DNA from: Coniocarpon cinnabarinum
Taxonomy: Eukaryota
Assembly: GCA_051942205.1 (NCBI GenBank)
Contig: JAVECO010000023.1
Coordinates: 1 to 64,000 of the forward strand
Direction of reading: 5' to 3'
Length of the DNA stretch: 64,000 bases
In this document: one piece after another, positions 27,128-39,931 of the stretch
Layout of the letters: the number at the start of each line of letters is the position of its first letter
Numbering within the stretch: position 1 is the stretch's first letter
The notes under the pieces: generated by a model
What the model was told of the DNA's origin: nothing
The model's input: the letters and a program-made list of their open reading frames with translations, nothing else
Databases searched by the model: none
Program-made: the position numbers and the translations under genes

Positions 27128-27660
27128 AGCGTGTAAAGCGTACCAGGGGTTCTAGAATCAGAGAGGGCACTACTCGACGACAGCTTCTGGATTGCTGACT
27201 GCTTGGCAATTAGCAAAAGATCGTCAGATCATTGGTTGCGACTGAATTCAAGGGCTTTAATGGGACATTATGTCGGCGACAGGAGTAAGCTCCAGGGAGA
27301 TACTGCCTGGGAAGAGCGCGATCTGGACGTGGGACAACAGGCGACCGCGATATTCAGACTTTGGTGAAGCTCTCGGTCATAAACAGCTTGGCATTGCTGC
27401 TTATGTAAGCAATAGCATTCTTAGTCAATATCACGTGTCAGCCTCTATGGTCGCCGACAGTGCAAGATGGATACAATCTGTCAGCTTCTATTATGGAGAG
27501 CTGTTAACATCTTGTCCAGACACCCTTCCTCTCCCTGCGTTTTTTGTCGATCATCTAAGGTCGTTTGTCATAATTTCAGGATATCGGGCCATGATGGTGC
27601 CGCTGCTGAAAGGTTCGCACTAAGTCAGGTCTTGCCCTTGACTGGCCCATAGGGGACCTC

Positions 27661-30503
27661 CTACTCAATGAGGTTCTCTTCGCCGTCTGCTTCGCCATCT
27701 ATCTCTTCTTCCTCTTCACCGTCAGCTTCCACAGCCTCATCTTCATCCTCGCCTCCTTCCAATTGCTGTTTGAGTATTTTCTCAAAGTTCGAACTATCGC
27801 TGACTTTGGTCGGCCAGTTGAACTTGTGCACAGGCACAATGGCTTTCGGTCTGCTAAGCGGCTTGCCAAGATCCGGTAGCGTGACGTCTTCTTCAGTCAT
27901 GCCACAAGCGTCAAGAATCTCCTTGCATTCATCATCCTTTTCGTTGGCTTTTGCAGTCATGTACGCCAGTGGATCTGCGAAAATTGGTCAGTCGTCAGCC
28001 CAGCTCCTTATTTGATCAGACGAGTAGCGTAATACTCACAGAGATCGAGATCCTTGTACATATTGATCCGATTATCCACATTACCAAGATAAAGGGCATT
28101 TTGAAATCGACTTGTCATATCTCGTCGGAACTCTGCAATCTTGGTCATGCGTGACAGCTTCTCCTCGTCTCCTGTGCACAAGTAGAGGAAAGAGAGTTTG
28201 TCAAAATTTCGTAGCTTTTGGTAGCACATCTCAACAATTTGATGATTACCATGAGCCAATGCTTCGGTGCCCAGCCGTGTCCAGAGCTTTGGCTTGTCGA
28301 GCTGCTTTGCCATCTCCACTGCGACGTCGAGATTGCCACATTCGAGGGCAAGCTCAAAGCGAGTCTGTGGATCTTGAATGAATTGAAGGGCAATTTCGGG
28401 ATAGCCCTTTTTCTGTAAATAGGAAATGATGCTTTGGCCGACAAGACTGGACGTCTTAATAATGTTGAGTACTTCAGGATAATCACGCTTGACCAGAGCC
28501 TGCTTGAATCGGTACTCTGTTGGGTCGAATTGAATGGGTCTGGGCTTTGCAGATCGATCGAGGCAGTAAACCGTTTGGCCCTTGACACGAACGAGGTAAA
28601 TTGGATGCTCCAATGTCCTGATAATGCCGTGATCGCCGTTCATCAGCGAAAACTTGATGTGATTAAGAGTCGAATATAGCAGCACACCACCATCATCCCA
28701 ACAAGCGCTCTTAATTCGTATTGTCTCGTGAAGCGTGCTGATCTGCTCAAGCGCTTTGCCAGCGATAGTAACGTTGTGCTTGGAAAGCAAAGCGACGTGT
28801 TCACCGTCATTCGACCACACTACGTACTTGACACCGTTTACTGAAAGCTCGCCCACGTTCGTCTCGTTCTGAACGTCGCGCAAGACGACGGAAGAACCCG
28901 TAATCAAAAGCAAATGGCCTTTTCCGCCATAAGCGATATCCACGGTGCCCGATGGGGCTTTGAAGGAGCTCGTCACGGAGTCTTGGAGATTTTTAATATC
29001 GATTTGCTGGGTAGATTGATTAAAGACGGCAAACCGATCTCTTGCAACCCATACTGCAGCATTGCCGCTACCACGTTTTGAGTCTGTGGGCTCTACCGCA
29101 CCTGAAGCATCTCGTGGCAAGTTTATGAGCTCGTACACGCCACTGTCTGAAGGTGAAGTAACGAGAATGGCTCTCTCCGCCGGGTTGTAGGAGAGTGTTC
29201 TCGGAGGAGTCCACGCGTGTCCGAGCTTTTTCAAGGAGAGCATCGAAGGGGATTCCGCATTTTTGGCGAAGTCATACATCTTGACATGTTTCTCTTTCGT
29301 GATAAAAACAAGCTGATTTTGGTATGTTGCCGACGCTGGCCTTTCTCTCTCCAGTTTGAACACCATTACTCCATTGTCGTGGCCAGCAGCGAACAGATTG
29401 ATTTCGGGGTGAGCCGCAATGACCCAAAAGCGGTCATTTTCTCGTTTAAAGGACTGTACTGATGTGCGCTTGTTTAGGTCCCAGACACGGACCGTCTTGT
29501 CTTCACCAACTGACAGAATAAGGTCTTGATGTGGATGGAAGAGACACGATGAGGCGTTCTGGAAGTGTCCCCGGCATGTGTCAACCTCCCATGCCTTGGT
29601 CTCACTCATACGCCAGAGTTTGACAAGCCGATCATCGCCAGCCGATACCACGAGCGGAAGCGTTGGGTGAAACGAAACCCAGTTCACGCCTCGGTCATGG
29701 CCCTCAAGAACGAATTTGACCACAGCATCAGTATTGCCAAACATTTCCGCTTGTTGATTACTTGTGCGAGACATTTGATCTTCAAAAGGCATGCCACTCG
29801 AGGCAGAATGTTTTTTGCGCAGACCCGAAATATCCCACACCCGCACAGACTGGTCAAGCGACGCAGATACAACAAGATCTTCCTTGGGATGAAATTGGGC
29901 GCACATTGTATAATGGTTGTGGCCAGTCATCGTGCAGACTGCAATACGGTCAGCCGTTTCAAGTCCGTCCTACACAATAACACTGTCATACTCAAGGATC
30001 GATTTTGCCAATTCCATATTCGTACCGTCTGATCATCTGAGCTGGAGAGAATCCACGGTTGCTCATGATGGAAGAACACCGTTCGCACGTAGTCCAGATG
30101 ACCATTTAGAGTGAACAGACATCTTCTCGACTGATGTGACCACACCTTGATTTTGTAGTCGTCCCCTCCTGACACGAACAAGGGTTGCGTTTTGTGAAAG
30201 TCAATGCCTCGCACGGGTCCATCATGCTCTTCGAAGCGGTCAATAAGCGTGCCCATGCGGTAATCCCACAGCTGTATCGTAGACGAATGGAGAGACACCA
30301 GTATCCATGGCCTGTCGGACAAGTCAGCGTAGGATTTCGTGAACGAGCCAGCTCTTGTAACGTACCGCTTGGGATGGAATGCTATACCCTTTGCGCGAGA
30401 GGATTTGGACTCAAACTGGTTTTGCGCGTGAGTATTGGCTTTGCATATACATGAGCTTGCTTCGAACCTTTGTTAGCATGTTGGGTGATGTGCTCGAAGC
30501 CAT
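27661..30503 (-). CDS. COP1: Coatomer subunit alpha (alpha-COP), C-terminally short (872 aa, no C-terminal domain)
   Basis: [43 protein letters not shown]40 repeats, solenoid ([20 protein letters not shown]). Five exons: 30503-30468, 30415-30366, 30311-29992, 29938-28040, 27974-27661; TAG after ENLIE. Confidence 0.95.
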
Positions 30504-30939
30504 GATGGACGCGTGAAGGAAGCCTCAGCTTCCCTAGTCGGTGTGGTCCACCAGCTGTGTGGAGGTTCACACCAAGGTCTGCCAGGACGTAGCAAGCAGC
30601 GGATTTTATGATGCTGAATGACCAGTGGGTATGCTTCAACCTGCTTGAAGCTACGTGGTACAACGCTGCCTTCTGCTGGTCACCGTCGTCGTCGTGGGTT
30701 AGCAACGCAAAATGTTTCCACTAGTCTGAAAGCGAAGAAACTAGCCTCCCGCTACCTTTAGGTGCAATGGAACAGCACGGAAACATTTCCGTCCCCCTGT
30801 TAGGTTTATAACAGCCAGACCCCGCTGATGGACGGCATCCTCACGACCACCTTGATTTCCTTCTACTCTTACCTCCATTTCAACGACTTAGCAACTATGA
30901 ACGATTGCAAAACATCACATACATGGGCACTGGACTCTG

Positions 30940-31602
30940 ATGAGGCTAACTCTAGATTCAAAATTGCCTGCTCGCCCGGACGATGACAGTACTTCTGCTC
31001 AGTATGGAGATGTCTCGTCTCAACATAGCACCGTAGAGGAAACGAATGACAAGCCCGAAACCGAAGCTTTTGGCAATTCTCCCCCACATCTGAGTCCTGT
31101 AGATCTGCAAAAGCGGTCCCATCTTGCCCTTCCGCGAAATCGCCATGGTTCTTCATCTTGCTTCAGCGAAGAAGCGACGCCTAGTCAAGAGAGCATGATC
31201 GAGATCCTGGATCTGGAGGATGGTGGCTACGATGGTGATGCCGAGGTGCAGTACCCTGACGGCTTCGAAGAGGTCGAGTCCACTGCAGACGAGTCTGAAG
31301 TTTCCCATTTAACTCTTGAGGAGGCCGACGACCACGATGCTTTGACGAAGAAGCTTCGCAAATTGAGCGTCAAAGCGAAGAAATCGCGAGAGACGAGCCA
31401 AAATCAGCAATGCTCAGCATCAGTCGGACAGTACACAACTCACAAAAGGACCCACAGTGAGAGCTTTGACGACCTTTCTGAAATGAATGACGATCACGAA
31501 TGCGACGGAGCGAGCTCCCCGCCTGTGCAAAAGCGACCGCGAAACTATACAAGCATTGGATCGCAGCAGATTACGCAAGACGATGTTATGGATGTCAGCT
31601 AG
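30940..31602 (+). CDS. Hypothetical acidic, low-complexity protein (true 5' end uncertain)
   Basis: 220-aa ORF with protein-like composition (DGGYDGDAEVQYPDGFEEVES, basic KRPR); divergent from COP1. Confidence 0.6.
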   Translation: MRLTLDSKLPARPDDDSTSAQYGDVSSQHSTVEETNDKPETEAFGNSPPHLSPVDLQKRSHLALPRNRHGSSSCFSEEATPSQESMIEILDLEDGGYDGDAEVQYPDGFEEVESTADESEVSHLTLEEADDHDALTKKLRKLSVKAKKSRETSQNQQCSASVGQYTTHKRTHSESFDDLSEMNDDHECDGASSPPVQKRPRNYTSIGSQQITQDDVMDVS

Positions 31603-32156
31603 TACGAGCGGGCTGGGGGGTGCGGAGGGTTCGTGGAGAGTGAGAACACAGCAATCTCATGCTGTCCTTGTGTGTACGATGATCTCGCGCAGAGTGAACT
31701 CTTCTTGTGGATATTCTTGCCTAGATCAATCTGTAGCGTCTTCGGTTCTGGCATAATTTGAGTTTCATAGGACCAGGCTGACATAAGGTCACGTGGACAA
31801 ACACGCCGTCAGTCACGAGGCGACACGTGAGGCAAGAGACTCGTGAGAAAGTACTTGCCGCAATAGAACGCAGCATTTCACGAGTTAAAAAGTGATTTCG
31901 ACGCGGTACTCATAGCTTTGTGACCCGAATGATTTCTTATTGTACGGGCTCGTCGCCTGGACTGGAGTCGTACAGGCCACAAGCCCTAGCATTTAGGGGT
32001 TAAAGGCTTTAAAGCTGCGGGGATGAACCCTGCGAAAGCCCCACCAAGATTTGCGCAAACCTACCTTAGGGATCTCAGGTAAAGATCATACCTAGTCACG
32101 CTAGATTACCGTAGCTACTACTCCGTATCAACCTGACTCTTTTTTCTGCAAAGGCG

Positions 32157-34699
32157 ATGCAACGAAGCGGCGGCCCGCGTCTACCGAAATCACTTCTTGC
32201 GCAGGTTGGAGGGTCCGACCGAGTCTCAGATGGCCGCAAGCAGCCAAGGGGTCCTTCTCGCAAGAATCTCCAACAAGCTCAACGCCAGCCAAGGGTCACA
32301 CCGTCGCGAGGTTAGTCACCATTGCTGCCGAGTCTGGTGCTTAGCGAGAACCGTGCGGACCTTCATTGGAGTCAAAATACTGAAAATCCTACAGATCATG
32401 TACCAAGACATCGTACCTCGCCTCGCGAGCCACAATCGGATCAAGATGATTCTGACGAATTCAATGGCCTGAGTGATACGCCAGCAACAGAAAGTCTACC
32501 ACGGCGCATATCGCAAACTTCTAGCCCACCTTCGAAGAAACGAAAGCTCCATCCTTCCTCCGAGAAATCGACGCGCATCGACCGTCGAGAGGCCCAAAAA
32601 CTTGCAGAAGATGATGCGGACATAGCACGGCTTGAAAAGAAATTGCGTATCAAGTCGAAGAGTTTGCCCAAAAGTTTCGAGGACGAGGGTCTTGCGGGAC
32701 TGCTTGGCGATCTTGATGGCGACTTCACAGTTCACAATGGGCGTGAGAAGCGAGGACAGGACGAGCTGAATGGTGAGCAAGATGGCTCGGAAAGCCAAGA
32801 TCTTTCTACGGAGGACCAGTCTCAGATTGATTCCGAAGAAGATAACGCGAGTGAGGAAGAGATCGTCAAGCCAGCACAGAAACAGCGCGAAAATCCATTT
32901 GTTCCGCCAGCCTCAACACCTGTTGCCAAGTACATTCCACCGTCACGGCGAGCAGACCCGGCATGTAATGATGAGATGAAGTCACGTCTACGGCGTAAGG
33001 TGCAAGGATCTCTCAACAAACTTTCAGAGTCAAACCTGATCTCTATCGTGACCGAAATCAACAAACTGTACGAAGAAAACCCACGGCAACTAGTTGATGA
33101 AACGGTCATTGAGCTTGTCATAGCACTAGTCAATGATCCTGCAGCGCTCAATACAACCTTTTTGGTCTTGCATGCTAGCTTTCTGACAGCATTCCATCGA
33201 CTTCATGGTGCTGCATTCGGCGCGCGATGCGTTGAGGACCTTGTTGCCAAGCTGGATGGCTTGAGCGTCGTCAGCGATGCAGCCGCAACGAACAAGCAGA
33301 CTTTGAATCTTGTATCCTTGCTGTCTCACCTCTACAATCTTGATGTAGTCGCAAGCAATCTTGTCTTTGACTTGACCCGCGAATATCTCAGCACCTTTTC
33401 TGAAGCACATACTGAGATACTGCTCCGTATAGTGCGTTCGTGTGGTCTTAAACTACGTGAAGATAATACCTTTGCCGTCAAGCAGATCACCACAGAGCTG
33501 CAGAAATGCGTTTCAAGTCGTTCTGAGCGCGGAGTCTCCGTCAGGACCCAATTCATGGTTGAAGAGATGATCAAACTCCGTGACAACAAGTTGAGGACTG
33601 GGCCTGGGAGTCTTTCGGAAATAGTAAGTACAGGCATTCCCTCCATCCAGCAACGACTACAGCAGCATCGTTAAAGCCTGAGAAATGAAAAGAGACATGT
33701 CGCGAGACACTTACAAGTACAAGTGAAGAGCGCTGACATAGGACGTAATAGGCAGAGCAAGTCGCTCAGTTTCGGAAGGCTCTCAGCGGGCTTAATAGCA
33801 GTATCCCAAAGTCCCATCAGCCCTTAGCTATTGGACTGTCAGACATTCGACACAGCGACAAACACGGTAAATGGTGGCTCACAGGGGCCAGCTGGAGAGG
33901 CGCACACCGGGAAGCGGACGGCCCAAACGGCACATCGACGTCCAGTCCACAGGAACTGCGCACACAACATTACGACAAGATTGAACCAGATTTCACTGAG
34001 AGCCAAGCCGACCTCGTTGCCATTGCGAAATATCACGGCATGAACACTGGCCCACGTCGTGCAATCTTCATGACGCTCGTCTCTTCCTCTGATGTCTCTG
34101 ACGCATATACACGTCTCTCCAAGTTAAACCTCACCCGCTCACAGGAGCAGCAAATACCTTCGGTGCTGCTTCACTGCGCAGGGATGGAGCCGCACTACAA
34201 CCCCTATTACGCACTCATCGCACGCCGGCTGTGCAAGTCGCACAAGCTGCGCATGGGATTCCACTTCGCGTTCAAGGACCTGGTCAAGCGCTTGAACTCC
34301 ACCGCGCACGAAGAAGACGAGGACGACGCGCAACCCATGGAACTAGCAACGGTGGTGAACTACGCTAGAACGTATGGCTCGCTCATCGCTTGGCAGACCC
34401 TACCGCTCGTCGTGCTCAAATCCGTGGATTTACGGAGGACGTCAGGACGAACGAAGATGTTCGTGGAGCTCTTGCTTATCACCACCTTGACGAAGCTCCG
34501 TGCAAAGGGCGAGAAGGACGCTGATTGCATCCTCCGAGAGGTTCTTGAAAAAGCGAAAGAAGTCCCGGAAGTTGCGAGGGGGTTGCAGTGGTTTTGCCGG
34601 GAAGTCATGCCCCAGACGGAGCTGACCGCGTCGAGTCACGAACGGGAAACCGTCCGTCGCAGGTCGAAAGCGGTGGTGGGTTTACTGAATGAAAGCTGA
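32157..34699 (+). CDS. SGD1: Nucleolar MIF4G/MA3 protein Sgd1/NOM1
   Basis: Introns 32311-32394 and 33624-33751. Motifs KYIPPSRR, GSLNKLSESNL, GKWWLTGASW, MNTGPRRAIFMTLVSSSD, YNPYYALIA. Confidence 0.9.
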
Positions 34700-36141
34700 G
34701 CTTAGACTCTCGATGTCGATATTACTTGAAACGATTCACTGAAATCACGAATACGTCTGGAGCAATCGAGGTGAACGCCGATCCTGTGAATTCCTATAGC
34801 GTTGCCGGATGTTCGCGTAGACCGATCTCGATCCCTTACAACAGGCTAAACTTCCTTTTATTAGGCTCATAACATCGCCAGTGTGGAAGACCCAAAGTCT
34901 CGAGTCGGATGTAGCAGGTATATCACGCGAGATCGAGTATGTCACTGCCCATATCGTCTGTCAAGCCTGAAGTCTTATAGACCGCCAGTTTCTCGTGCTA
35001 GAGGTCTATTGCTAGACTGATGCCTCGCTACAACGGGATGCAACACCAGCAAAGACTTCTGTTCTTGACCCATGCAGGCTATACAACGCTAATCAACACT
35101 GAATCTTTGGACTGGTACAATGAGATCCGAGGCTGAGATCTCTTAGGATGGACTTGCAGACTGCAAAATCAACGATGTGCTCGATCTATGTCGTCAAATC
35201 ACAAAAGCATCACGTCTGTACTTGGCTCGAAGCATCAGTGCCATTACTGGCGTATGGCTTGTAAAAATTGCGCCCGTCATAGCCTGTCAATGTCAATCCG
35301 TTGCACCCAAGCAACCTGGAACGCGGTCATTAACCCCATGAATTCTCTTGCCAGCACAAACATGTATTTTAGTTTCTGCATATGAATGGCTGCATATGAA
35401 TGGCAAAGCTCTTGAAGACAATCACTATTGAAGAGTGCGGTAAGGTCCATGTCCCATTGTAGCGACATTCAATGGCAGCCGATGAAACACGCAACACGAT
35501 ATATTGATACCCGTCTACAGCTTCGAATGAAACGAACAACAGCGCAATGGACCAAATGAGAGATCAGGATAGTAGGATCGACGTGAGGGAAATGTGTCAG
35601 CTCATCTTCACACTCCGACACTTGGCCATGTCCAACAACCACCCAATTTATCGATCTCCTCAATAACTAACCCCTCATGTCGACGAAAAGGAACTACGTC
35701 AAGTTCCAGGTCAATAACAAGATCCAAGCGCATCGTCGCGTCGAACCGTATTCAAGCTTCGTCGCGTATAGAGACGGAAAGATCCTAGCTTCTGTGTCGG
35801 ATGACGCTCAGACTATATCTGGAATACTGGCGTTGTGAACTTCTGATCAGGTTGTCCAACGCGTATGCGAATTCGTAACGCCGTTGATCCATGTTTCTGT
35901 TGAGGCAGTGATGCCGTGTGCGAGCCATTCGTGGCTGCTCTTGAAGAATGTATGTAGCTGAAGCGGTGAGAATGCCAGAAGACGTACTGAGATGGCCTAT
36001 AGTCAAGCACCGTTGCTGTGCGTGATCAGTCAGAGCTGATCGCGACTTACCATCAGCTGAACAGAGACGACCGAATGAACCGTAATTCGACGCATTGAAT
36101 TCTGCGTTGTTTTGTTGCTACATGGAAAACGTAGTCTTTCT

Positions 36142-39007
36142 CTAGTTTCGAGAGTCAATGAAATGAGTTACAGGCTCAAAGATCGAGTCAAGTGGAGATT
36201 CTTTAAATGTCACCAGTGCACTTTCAGTCAACCGGCGACCCTGGTCCAGTGTGGTCAATGGTCCGGTTCGGTCCGGTTCTGGTTCGGTAGCGCGCGCTAC
36301 CGAAACCGAGAAGAATAAGAACCGAACCAATATGTTGATGGTTTGCCACAAGCAAATTGTGGTTTGGCATGGTTGTGGTTCGGTGGCGTGCGCTACCAAA
36401 ACCGATAAGAGTAAGAACCAAACCAATATCGTAATGGTTTACCATAGCCGAACCACTGACCACACTGCCCTGGTCCCTTATTTTTTTAGACGCATTCATA
36501 GACGCTGACGTGTGCCAATAAAGTCAAGGAGGAATCAAGACTCGCATAGAAGCAACACTTCAGCGCATTCGATGGATCGTCTGGTTTGTCGGGACTTGAC
36601 GTCCATTATGAATGATCTCACGAATTCTCAGCGGATACGATAGGTACGAGAGTACTTACATCGCATAAAGTTCGTAATTATTTAAGCCCAACGAGATTAA
36701 GTAAGTCTTATCACCTCGGGTAGCTGAGACGAGATGATCTTTGTCGGCATGTAAATGTGAAGACTGTCACAACCTTTAGTAAACTCATCAAGGCGCTGCC
36801 TCTGTCTCGAAGCTATCATCGTGAAGATTGCCCGCTTCCAGGCTCTGCACAATGAGAACCAACTGGGGAAAGACGCCATCAACCTTGAGCAGAACATCCG
36901 TCTGGAAGATAGCTGAAGTCTACTCAACAAGCTCTTGCCTCCTATGTGTTAGACTGTCGCATTCCACCAGATCCTGTAATGATGATTGAGATTTTTCGAG
37001 GAATGCATCAGCATAATGTGCAAAGATCTGCTGGCAACGCAAGTCTTTAGCTTGTTCTTTAGTAACACCTCTGGCATCAAACTTAGAATCTGGCCCACAA
37101 GTCTAATGTCTGAAGTAGGCTTGCGGCCGCATTTATCTAGACCATCGATAAATAGACACAGGTAGGCGTTCGGTTGCCTAACAATATTCAACAGAAGAGA
37201 ACGTAGCGCAGATTCGTCCCAAAGGTTGGCGGCGGTAGAACCTTGTGTCAGAGTCGTTCGCGTGCGGTTAAGTAGTTCAGGAAACGCCCGTAGTACTCAG
37301 AGATCAGAAATTGGCTAAGGATAATGTAACAGTTGACATGTAATCGCAAATTTCTTTGCGAAGAATGATGTAGAAAGATGATAGGTAATCAATTCATTGC
37401 TGGTTTCACGTTGAAGTGTCATCCGAGTTGAAGATTTCAGCCTTTTAGGTAAGTTGCCGACAGAAGTGAAGCGGAAATTAGGCAAGCAGAACAGCTCTTT
37501 CAGGACCTACAGACGTACTTGTCTTGGCTTTGATTGGCATTGTAGATATGATAAGCTCGGGCATAGACTTTGGGCCAAGATTTCCTAGCGATCGGGAAGT
37601 TCAAGACCCTGAAGCTCTAGGCATGACTACAAAAACCCTCTGCGCCTCACAATGCTCAATGGCACACCGTGGCATTTGCTCTGTTGTTCTACTCACCTTG
37701 ATAAAGAATCGTCCTTAGCATCCCTTGTACAGACTTCTGCAACTCTGATCAAGCGTTCGATAGAAATTATGCCGCAGTAATCATTCTGTTGCTGCCGGCC
37801 CATCGTTGCAATAAGCGGTCACGGTGTTGAGTGCGAGAACTCCAGATATGGTTCATAAGGGTACACTTGCCGCTTCCAGGTTTCCCACTAGTCCAGCAAA
37901 GGTGCTAATCAACATTTCGCAGCCATCCTGTAAAGCTGTCGATATCGACGTTGGCACACTCGTCAAAGATCCGACCGTGTATATCTTATATTTCTCCCGA
38001 AAACGTGCGTTCAAATGCGAGACATTCGATGAGACGTTTTCTGTTCAGTATCTGCTTCTCCGTAGCGTGTATCCTTTGCAATGCAATAATCTGATTTCGT
38101 GTCTCGATCCCTTCATGCCTAAACGGACTAAACATTCATGTCATACAGTGTCATACAGTCTTTGAAAAGTCCTTCACTCAATCAGTGTTGTCAGATCATG
38201 TAGTGTGCAACTACGTGTGTGTGACCCGAACCCAAAGCCAGAAACAAAGAACGCGCAAGGTGAGGTCAGGGTTTTGGTCTGGGCAGCGAGCCTATGGCAA
38301 ATCAAAATGCTGTCACCAAGGCCGCGAACACGTAAGCAGAAGACTTATGCGTTCTGAAAAGCATCCAGTCGCGCTACGGGATATGCTGTTGTCTGAAAAT
38401 CCCTCTGTGCGTTGCAGCATGCTCTGACGCGTGCTTTCATTAGCATGAGTTGACATCATAGTCTTCTGGGTTTTCTGCAAACCCTGCAGCTTTTCTACTA
38501 TGGTTCCGTTGACGTCTAAGAGCGTCTTGCGGACATCAAGCTCCACATGCAATAAGAGTTGACTTTTTAGAGATCCGGGTTCCGCTTACAGAAGTCGAAG
38601 CTTACCTAGTTTCAATGGCACTCTTGTGACTCTAGAATATGGCTGCTGTAGTGAATCTCTCATACTCACTTTCAGGTCGTTCAGCACAGAAGTCAGCTCC
38701 GAAGTCTTATCCTTGTATAGTTGAATGACTTTTCAGAGGAGTTCAGTACTCCTTTGTGAAAAATTGCTGTTTCTTTTCCCGTCGGAGCTTGCTGCGTCAT
38801 GACTTATCATCAAGACCTCGTGTGGATGTTGCAAAGACACGAGAATAAAGCAGATAGCGTCTCCGTCCTTACTTGCAACAGCTCATGTTCCTTCATCAAC
38901 CCCGTAAAAGAGCTGCAAGCCTCACAAGCTACTTCAGCCGTCTCCACACCCAAGCCAACGACCTGCAAGACATTACAAGAAAGCGCCGAGGCTGTTACCG
39001 GATCCAT
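36142..39007 (-). pseudogene. Decayed fungal NACHT/STAND (NLR-like) gene; probably extends further toward about 35000
   Basis: Colinear fragments in several frames: N-terminus MDPVTASALSCNVLQVV; Walker-B-like LCLFIDGLDK followed by LKTCVASR; LKVDGVF and QRLDEF helical motifs. Many stops and frameshifts; no intact Walker A found. Confidence 0.7.
36247..36467. mobile_element. hAT-like MITE, 221 bp
   Basis: 20-bp TIRs (CAGTGTGGTCAATGGTCCGG / CCGAACCACTGACCACACTG, 18/20 match). Perfect 8-bp TSD CCCTGGTC at 36239-36246 and 36468-36475. Internal direct repeat with 96-bp period; many AACCG/CGGTT motifs. Confidence 0.9.
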
Positions 39008-39931
39008 TGCGTGACCAACTCGTCGAAGAGAGATAAGCGAATCCCATGTGAGCGAGTTTCGTAAAATGACGCTGTGTTTGCGCGTATCGCAACAGACATG
39101 GCCGCCTTTTTGCCTTGCGGTCCGCTAGCACGTACCTACGCACTGGCATGATGGTATGCACGTTCCTAGCGGTCTTCAAAGAAGCAGGGAGACATCGTAA
39201 AAGATGGAAACAGCTTTTCAATGCATCACGTGCAGGCACGCAGCGCTTGACTCTCGTGCAGATTCAGAATACAGAGACACACGTCGCGGAAAAGTAGTCT
39301 TGCAAGAAAATGAACATCCAACGCGACTTCAATATACTGATGATTCGTGTACTGATTTTCAAGGCAGAAAAACATCACATGACTTGCTAGTCAAGCCGGA
39401 GAGCAAAGTAGGTATGTATGGCATTAGAAACCGTGGTGCAATTGCGGCAGCGTAAATGAAGGTCCCGGTGATCAAGTGCTCGAAAAGTTATAACGATTGC
39501 TTGCGTACGCTCAACAGCACACCATAGAACCACACTCATTTTCCCGATTTCAAAGTTTAAGCTGAACGGGTAATTGTTTGGCTGTCAAAAAAATACGCTA
39601 ACACGTTGCTCGAATTATGCAAATGCAAGAATCGTTGGGAACATTGTCAAGCATGGCTTTGCGTGAATAGAATTTGGGGTATATACACTGTGATTCCTCT
39701 GTTTTGAAGTCTTTTTCCCACGAACACACATACACCCGGTATCTGAGACACATTCTCATGCAAATAATGCTGCCGCCAGCGCCACGCTTGTAACATATGG
39801 ACAAGATTGGTATAAAGATTCTCATGAGTCGTCGCTTCCACCGTATCGTAAACTTATCGTGAGTGTTGTCTACTCTTGCCAGTAGCTTCTCTTCGCCTCA
39901 GGATGCGAAATCAAGTGCACAACGGAGTGCA

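Noticed and set aside
27620..27663. Stop-codon readthrough or a GTAGGA donor rescuing the alpha-COP C-terminus
   Set aside because: Both routes hit a stop within about 20 codons and give nothing resembling the alpha-COP C-terminal domain.
36262..36444. Direct repeats with a spacer, superficially CRISPR-like
   Set aside because: Only two long diverged units, inside TIRs with a TSD, in a eukaryote; explained as the MITE interior.
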